A program made the position numbers and the translations under genes. A stretch of 64,000 nucleotides of DNA, taken from NCBI GenBank assembly GCA_964548415.1, contig CAZJQG010000007.1:3385-67384 (forward strand). The letters are read 5' to 3'. The stretch is from an uncultured Dehalococcoidales bacterium. GTDB lineage: Bacteria; Chloroflexota; Dehalococcoidia; GIF9; UBA5629. Shown in pieces: positions 59,174 to 64,000 of this stretch (position 1 is the stretch's first letter; each line of letters begins with the position of its first letter). Under the pieces are notes generated by a model. It was not told where the DNA came from. It saw nothing but the letters and a program-made list of their open reading frames with translations, and did not search any database.

Positions 59174-60349
59174 TTAATATCCTTTTTTAAGGATGACGTT
59201 GCACAGCGTGCCGCCGTCGCCGCCGAGCGTGTCGGTCATGCCCACCCTGGCGCCTTCTGCCTGGCGCTCACCGCATTCACCTCTTAGCTGCCGCACGATT
59301 TCGTAGACCTGGGCGGTGCCGGTGGCGCCTATGGGATGTCCCTTGGCCTTCAGCCCGCCGGAAAGGTTCACCGGTATCTTGCCGCCGATTTTGGTCTCGC
59401 CCTTTTCCACTCCCTCTCCCGCCTTGCCGTTTTCAAAAAGGCCCAGGCCTTCCAGGGCAATTAAGGTGGCTATACTGAAGCAGTCGTGGAGCTCGACCAC
59501 GTCTACATCCTTGGGGCTGAGGCCGGCCATTTTGTATGACTGCTGCGCGGCCAGCTCCCTCGACCTCAGCCGCGGCAGAAATTCTTTCTGGCTTAACAAA
59601 TTGCCTGCCGAAGCCTGGCCCACCCCTGCCACCCAGACCGGCTTGTTGCTCAGCTTTTTGACCTTATCTTCCGCTACCAGGACTGCCGCCGAGCCCCCGT
59701 CGGAAAACGGGCAGCAGTCGTAAAGCTGCAGCGGCTGGCAGACCATGAAGCTGGTCAGCACATCGTCGACGGTTATTTCTTTCTGGAACTGGGCCTTGGG
59801 ATTGCGGGCGCCGTAGTAGTGGGAGTTTACGGTTACCTGTGCCATCTGTTTCTTCAGCCTTTCCAGAGGCACGTTATATTTTTTGGAGTAAAGATGGGCC
59901 AGCAGCGCGAACACGCCGGGAAAGGTGATGCCGGCGGGATACTCGTACCGGCTATCGCTGGCCATGGCGAATGTCCTGGTGGCCAGGGGCGTGCCCATCT
60001 TGGCCGCCGTCTCGGAACCTCCGACCAGGACGATGTCGTAAAAACCTGAAGCCACCCACATGAAAGCATCGCGGAAAGCGGCGCTGGATGAAGCGCAGGC
60101 ATTCTCGTACCTGTTGGCCGGCACGTGCGAAGCCCCGATATAGTCGGCCACAAATGCCTGGACCTGAGACTGTCCTTCGGCAAAGTCACTCAGGCAGTTG
60201 CCCATGAACACCGCCTGGATGTCCTTCGGCTTCAAGTTCGCCTCCTGTATAGCATCCATGGCGGCTTCGGCGAACAGCTCGACGGCCGTCTTGTCCTGCT
60301 TGCCGCTGAACTTGGTCATCCCCACGCCGATTACAGCTACTTTTCTCAT
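59174..60349 (-). CDS. thiolase-family acetyl-CoA acetyltransferase (archaeal/SCP-x-like type)
   Basis: ATG 60349 after AAGGAGGA gives MRKVAVIGVGMTKF. Active-site region YENACASSSAA, with C-terminal GHPIGATG. Confidence 0.88.
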   Translation of the reverse strand: MRKVAVIGVGMTKFSGKQDKTAVELFAEAAMDAIQEANLKPKDIQAVFMGNCLSDFAEGQSQVQAFVADYIGASHVPANRYENACASSSAAFRDAFMWVASGFYDIVLVGGSETAAKMGTPLATRTFAMASDSRYEYPAGITFPGVFALLAHLYSKKYNVPLERLKKQMAQVTVNSHYYGARNPKAQFQKEITVDDVLTSFMVCQPLQLYDCCPFSDGGSAAVLVAEDKVKKLSNKPVWVAGVGQASAGNLLSQKEFLPRLRSRELAAQQSYKMAGLSPKDVDVVELHDCFSIATLIALEGLGLFENGKAGEGVEKGETKIGGKIPVNLSGGLKAKGHPIGATGTAQVYEIVRQLRGECGERQAEGARVGMTDTLGGDGGTLCNVILKKGY

Positions 60350-60399
60350 ACTTAGTCCTCCTTTACATTCTCGTGTATCAAACATGTAGCCCCGAGGCT

Positions 60400-60870
60400 T
60401 TAGCCTCGGGAACCCAACTTATTTTCGAGATTTTGCCTGAGTACTTTATGGCGATGAATAAAAACTCGATTCATGAATCGAGCCACTAGATTCATAGCAT
60501 GCCGGGGTTCAAACGTTATCTGATCTGTAATAACTGTACCATTACTGGAACTGGTCAGAGACCGTTCATGACGCCAGTGTTTCATAAAAGTCATGGGAGA
60601 CTCTTCAATGAAACCCTGACCTTCAGTTAATGAGATTAGTGTCATGTCATCATGACCAAAAGGTAAGAAACCAAATAAATAAATTTTACTTCGGAATAAA
60701 CGCTCCTGGGGTTTGAATTTTACATCTTGAAGGCTGTTAACACCACGGGGAAAAGTCATACGGAAATAAGGCCACATTTCCTTTGAAATTCCACTGCGTG
60801 ACGTAATCCATTTCCATACCTCTGAGATAGGTGCGGACACGCATGTTTGAAATTTTAACTGAGTCTCCAT
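60400..60870 (-). CDS. SRPBCC (START/Bet v1-like) family protein
   Basis: 156 aa; N-terminal CVSAPISEVWKWIT pattern typical of SRPBCC. Weak assignment. The gene looks visibly more AT-rich than its neighbours. Confidence 0.5.
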   Translation of the reverse strand: METQLKFQTCVSAPISEVWKWITSRSGISKEMWPYFRMTFPRGVNSLQDVKFKPQERLFRSKIYLFGFLPFGHDDMTLISLTEGQGFIEESPMTFMKHWRHERSLTSSSNGTVITDQITFEPRHAMNLVARFMNRVFIHRHKVLRQNLENKLGSRG

Positions 60871-60880
60871 CGCAGATTGT

Positions 60881-61399
60881 TCATTTTATCAATTTTGGTC
60901 GGCAGCGACCACAAAAAGTCGCCTGCTTCAAATCGGTATCGCTCAGGCTGTTGGAGAAGTGCATCACGCATTTGGGGTCCGGGCAGTGGTCCAGCCCGAA
61001 AGTGTGCCCCAGCTCGTGGACCGCTTCCTTGACCGCCCTGTCCCGGAACAGGTCTTCATCCGCAGGTAGATCGTAATACAGTTGCCTCAAGCGGGTTAAA
61101 GAGATTACCGAGGTACCGGAAGCGATATCCGCCTGGCCGAAGATGAAGTTGAGACCCGGCGAGTACAGGTCGACATCGGCTATCCCCAGTACCTTGTCGC
61201 CTTTAACTTTATCTTTCTTGAGCTGGGAAAGGAACCTTGTACCCAGGTACTGTTTCCGCCGCTTGTCGTAAGCCTTCTCCGGGTCGAAGGTTTTTATAAC
61301 TGTCTCCACCGGACAGCCGAAGGTCTGCTCCAGCTTCTGCTTTAGCTCTTCCACTAAGCCCTTGTCGACGTAGCTGATTGGTTTCAGAATTATCTTCAT
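60881..61399 (-). CDS. archaemetzincin (cytosolic form)
   Basis: MKIILKPISYVD.., HELGHTFGLDHCPDPKCVM..CGRC. The track start 61420 lies inside the palindromic element; ATG 61399 is likelier. Confidence 0.85.
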   Translation of the reverse strand: MKIILKPISYVDKGLVEELKQKLEQTFGCPVETVIKTFDPEKAYDKRRKQYLGTRFLSQLKKDKVKGDKVLGIADVDLYSPGLNFIFGQADIASGTSVISLTRLRQLYYDLPADEDLFRDRAVKEAVHELGHTFGLDHCPDPKCVMHFSNSLSDTDLKQATFCGRCRPKLIK

Positions 61400-61415
61400 C
61401 TCTCTATATTGCCCT

Positions 61416-61515
61416 GTCATTCTGAGGGAGTCCCGATTTCATCGGGACGACCGAAGAATCTCGATGAAGCAGCGACGAGATTCTTCGTCCCGATTCTATC
61501 GGGACTCAGAATGAC
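61416..61515. repeat. nested-palindrome element (copy A), 100 nt
   Basis: Outer arms GTCATTCTGAG / CTCAGAATGAC enclose GTCCCGA-TTTCA-TCGGGAC, CGAAGAATCTCG-N12-CGAGATTCTTCG and GTCCCGA-TTCTA-TCGGGAC. Confidence 0.85.
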
Positions 61516-61612
61516 ACAAATTAAATCGTCGGCTTGTGCGCGAATCACGTGGGTAGATTGGAGCATCCGCTCCAATCACCCGGAGCAGATGCTCCGGGTT
61601 CCCCCGGTATCC

Positions 61613-62128
61613 CTAACTTTTCAGCCAGTCGTTAATTTCCGCCAGTACCTGGATGTGGTTATTCCTGGTGACCTCTACTACCTTGACGTTAGGTCGTTGC
61701 TTAATCTCATCGGCGAAGGCATTCGGTTTTAGCATTATGGTGCCCAGTACCTTCTTGCCGCTGCCGATAGCCTTGAGTACGGCGTCACTGAATCGGGCAG
61801 AGAAAAGCTCCATCTTGCCGATTTCGTCGATAACTATCAGGTCGCTTTCCTGCGCGGCCCTTTGGATGGCAGCAGCACCGATGTTTTCCAGGTTATTGAT
61901 GTCGACGCCGTACTTACCGACCCTATAGCGGCCGGGAATATCTACGTGAGAAAGTGTGCCTTGTTGGCCGTCGAGGGTGATGATGCGGAAACCCTGCCTG
62001 ACCCCGCCGCTTCTTATCTCCTCGGTGTAAAAGCCGGCGGCCTTTATCCCCGGACCGGCTATGATCTGCCGGATGAGGGTAGTCTTACCCGTTCCCGGCT
62101 TGCCGGTCAGGAGATAGGCGCTGGCCAT
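61613..62128 (-). CDS. THEP1-type nucleoside triphosphatase
   Basis: LLTGKPGTGKTT Walker A, LIVIDEIGKME Walker B; 171 aa. Confidence 0.85.
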   Translation of the reverse strand: MASAYLLTGKPGTGKTTLIRQIIAGPGIKAAGFYTEEIRSGGVRQGFRIITLDGQQGTLSHVDIPGRYRVGKYGVDINNLENIGAAAIQRAAQESDLIVIDEIGKMELFSARFSDAVLKAIGSGKKVLGTIMLKPNAFADEIKQRPNVKVVEVTRNNHIQVLAEINDWLKS

Positions 62129-62133
62129 TGTGT

Positions 62134-62574
62134 CTATTCAGCTTCGGTCTTCTTCTTAGCCGCTGGCTTCTTCGGCTTTTCTGCCGACTCTGCCTTGGCT
62201 TTGGCCTTGGCCGCGGGTTTCTCCGCCTTGGGTTTTGTCGCCCTGGCCTTCGGTGCCGCCTCGGCTTTGGCTTTAGCTACTTTCTTGGGTTTGGCTTCCT
62301 CAGCTACGGCTTCGGCTTTCTTGGCTGCGGCTTTCTTGGGAGCTGCCGCCTTTGGTTTGGCGATTTTGGCTTTAGCAGCGGCTTCAACTACGGCCTCAAC
62401 CTGCTTCTTGGTCGGTTTCTTCGGTTCCGGCGCTTCGGCGACGGCTACAGCGGCCGGTGCCGGTTTAGGCGCGCCCGCAGTGGTGCCAACCAGCGCCATC
62501 ATTTTTCTTCGTTCTTCCAGTTTCCTCTGGCGTTTGCGGTGTTTCAGCAAAGCCATTCTTCTACGTTTATTCAT
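62134..62574 (-). CDS. Lys/Ala/Pro-rich histone-H1-like basic protein with Arg/Lys N-terminal motif
   Basis: MNKRRRMALLKHRKRQRKLEERRK, then about 110 aa of AKPKAAAPKKAAAKKAEA-type low complexity. Its stop is 5 nt before the NTPase start. Confidence 0.7.
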   Translation of the reverse strand: MNKRRRMALLKHRKRQRKLEERRKMMALVGTTAGAPKPAPAAVAVAEAPEPKKPTKKQVEAVVEAAAKAKIAKPKAAAPKKAAAKKAEAVAEEAKPKKVAKAKAEAAPKARATKPKAEKPAAKAKAKAESAEKPKKPAAKKKTEAE

Positions 62575-62611
62575 GATTTCCTACCTGTTTTAATTTGGCA
62601 AACCGTCTCGT

Positions 62612-62640
62612 ATTATCTCTTAATTCGCTTCGGATTTCAA
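62612..62640 (-). promoter_or_regulatory. candidate promoter of the Lys/Ala-rich protein-NTPase operon
   Basis: Minus strand: TTGAAA (62640-62635), 17 bp spacer, GATAAT (62617-62612). Confidence 0.5.
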
Positions 62641-62847
62641 ATAGTGTCTACACCGGCTGAGGTTCGTCTTAGTTTACAATGACACCTCAGGATTGTGTGA
62701 CAAAATGGCTCGCTACCCTTTTTATGCCTTAGATACTATGTTCTGCACCAGCGCATTTTACATGACAACAAAGCATTTTCGTTTACGATGAAAAACTGGT
62801 CAACTGTACTTAGCGATTATTTTATACGAAAATAGTGCCACAGCCCA

Positions 62848-62876
62848 TTGACAATCGAACAACGTTGTTCTATATT
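62848..62876 (+). promoter_or_regulatory. promoter with perfect 14-bp palindromic operator in the spacer
   Basis: TTGACA (62848-62853), 17 bp spacer, TATATT (62871-62876). The spacer contains GAACAACGTTGTTC (62857-62870). Confidence 0.6.
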
Positions 62877-62984
62877 TTCGAAGTCTGGGCAGAAATAAAT
62901 CGAATCAGATTATCGAAATAGAACACATGATTAAGCCGCAGCCAGCTGTATCGGTCAAATGTTTTGGAACCTGCGGCCAGAAAG

Positions 62985-63013
62985 ACCACCGCTAACAGGT
63001 GGTTTTTTTATTT
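62985..63013 (+). terminator. intrinsic terminator inside the leader of the repeat-protein gene
   Basis: ACCACC-GCTAACA-GGTGGT followed by TTTTTTTATTT. It ends 27 nt before ATG 63040. Confidence 0.7.
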
Positions 63014-63039
63014 GTCGTTGTGGCTGAAAGGGGCTAAAG

Positions 63040-64000
63040 ATGATTAAAGTAAAAGTCTGGAAATGTTTTTTGATAGTGATGGCAGTAGCCTTGCTACTAG
63101 GGTGGATGACCGGTACTGTGCCTTTAAGATCCACTATGGCGGATGGACCGACATGGCAAATAGAGACCGTTGACTCGACCGGAGACACCGGATTCTTTAC
63201 CTCCATTAAGCTCGATGCGGATGGTCATCCGCATATCAGCTATACGGACGGCAGCAACTGCCGGTACGCCTCATATAATGGTGCCAGCTGGCAAACTGAA
63301 ACCGTAGGCGCGGGTGGTAGTGCGACGTCGCTGGCTCTGGACTTCAGCGGCTACCCTCTTATCGCCTATTGTGGCGGCGGTCTCCACTACGCCCGCTGGA
63401 CAGGTTCTGCCTGGGACATTCAGACCGTTTCCACAGATGCCAACTGGCCTTCGCTGGCCCTGGATTCAGGCGGTGATCCCCACATTAGCTACCAGACCTG
63501 GGGCTCCGAGGAGCTCATGTATGCCAGCTGGACGGGTTCAGCCTGGGATGTCCAGACAGTTGATTCGAACCTGCCATCAGGAATGACCGGCAGGTATACC
63601 TCTTTAGCACTGGACTCAAGTAACAACCCGCATATCAGCTACCTGGACTACCAGAGCAGCACCGGGCAGACAAGCCAGGACCTCAGATACGCCTACTGGA
63701 CGGGCTCAGCCTGGAGCAAGGAGACCGTGGACTCAGCCGGGAATGTCGGCTTTTACACATCATTAGCTCTGGACTCCAGCGGCAACCCCCACATCAGCTA
63801 TAGCCATGATGACAGCCTGGACCTCAAATATGCCCGCTGGACGGGTTCAGCCTGGGATATACAAACCGTTGACTCGGCAGATATGGTGGGCCAATATACG
63901 TCAATCGCCCTGGACTCAAGCGATAATCCCCACATCAGTTACTACGATGCCACCAATGGAGACCTAAAATACGCCCACTGGACGGGTTCAGCCTGGGATA
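63040..64000 (+). CDS. secreted/membrane-anchored beta-propeller-like repeat protein (partial, continues past the right edge)
   Basis: Own translation MIKVKVWKCFLIVMAVALLLGW.., then at least 6 units of about 45-55 aa of the form W(D/Q)xQTVDS..G.YTSLALDSSGNPHISY....LKYA.WTGSA. Not in the ORF track because no stop lies in the window. Confidence 0.8.
   Translation, partial: MIKVKVWKCFLIVMAVALLLGWMTGTVPLRSTMADGPTWQIETVDSTGDTGFFTSIKLDADGHPHISYTDGSNCRYASYNGASWQTETVGAGGSATSLALDFSGYPLIAYCGGGLHYARWTGSAWDIQTVSTDANWPSLALDSGGDPHISYQTWGSEELMYASWTGSAWDVQTVDSNLPSGMTGRYTSLALDSSNNPHISYLDYQSSTGQTSQDLRYAYWTGSAWSKETVDSAGNVGFYTSLALDSSGNPHISYSHDDSLDLKYARWTGSAWDIQTVDSADMVGQYTSIALDSSDNPHISYYDATNGDLKYAHWTGSAWD

Noticed and set aside
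54893-62574. Known phage-defence or toxin-antitoxin system in the accessory-looking block (ATPase plus nuclease-like pairs)
   Set aside because: I recognise no nuclease, Toprim, TIR, SIR2, reverse-transcriptase, methyltransferase or antitoxin-like genes. The ATPases are small kinase/NTPase types, and no mobile-element boundary (integrase, flanking tRNA, direct repeats) was seen.
61862-62682. Two long plus-strand ORFs (243 aa and 184 aa) with Ala/Gly/Leu/Phe-rich low complexity
   Set aside because: They lie antisense to the Lys/Ala-rich gene and the NTPase, and are reading-frame shadows of the GCC/AAG repeat. The minus-strand frame has an RBS, a promoter and operon context.
62927-62995. 22-codon ORF (MIKPQPAVSVKCFGTCGQKDHR) inside the leader, ending in the terminator loop; possible leader peptide
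   Set aside because: No Shine-Dalgarno-like sequence precedes the ATG, and no regulatory codon run is present. An RNA-level mechanism is more plausible.

Overview
This is a chromosomal window next to the replication origin of a moderately GC-rich bacterium. Several features suggest an anaerobic Chloroflexota/Dehalococcoidia-like lineage, though this is inference only: HymA/HymB-like flavoprotein subunits, an archaeal-type ApgM-like enzyme, PGI/PMI, two archaemetzincins, a THEP1-type NTPase, a thiolase+DUF35 pair, and fusA running straight into rpsJ with no tuf.

Layout:
- 1-1.5 kb: NuoF/NuoE-like pair.
- 2-9.5 kb: radical SAM protein, L25, an orphan hybrid PAS histidine kinase, and a hydrolase/YfcE/MarC run.
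- 9.5-24 kb: the replication neighbourhood, with TPR-gyrA, nfu, lysC, an ApgM-like gene, tRNA-Pro(CGG), mazG, a Zn-peptidase, fmt, dnaA, a candidate oriC, obg, nadD and gyrB.
- 24.3-26.3 kb: an uncharacterised Fe-S/ferredoxin/V4R-like module.
- 26.35-27.8 kb: a plasmid-style partition cassette, made of a 16 x 9-bp phased repeat array with embedded promoters, a short ParA and a small ribbon-helix-helix-like protein.
- 28.0-47.8 kb: one contiguous str-S10-spc-alpha-L13/S9 supercluster. It includes two genes missing from the ORF track: rpmJ, and a 31-codon bS22-like ORF between rplW and rplB.
- 47.9-54.7 kb: a CorA-like gene, a DsrE-like gene behind a structured terminator-containing leader, PGI/PMI, PGM, metK and ahcY.
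- 54.9-62.6 kb: an accessory-looking minus-strand block. It holds a PHP phosphoesterase, a P-loop kinase, an APH-like kinase, an exported archaemetzincin, DUF35+thiolase, an SRPBCC protein, a second archaemetzincin, a THEP1 NTPase and a Lys/Ala-rich histone-H1-like protein. Its spacers are full of nested palindromes.
- 63.0 kb to the end: the start of a secreted beta-propeller-like repeat protein.

I saw no rRNA, CRISPR array, transposase or integrase. Several ORF-track starts are over-extended into the upstream gene (fusA, rpsC, rplP, rplE, rplF, rpmD, dnaA, ahcY, thiolase, mazG), and I give the starts I consider likelier. All protein calls rest on motif recognition by eye; no searches were run.
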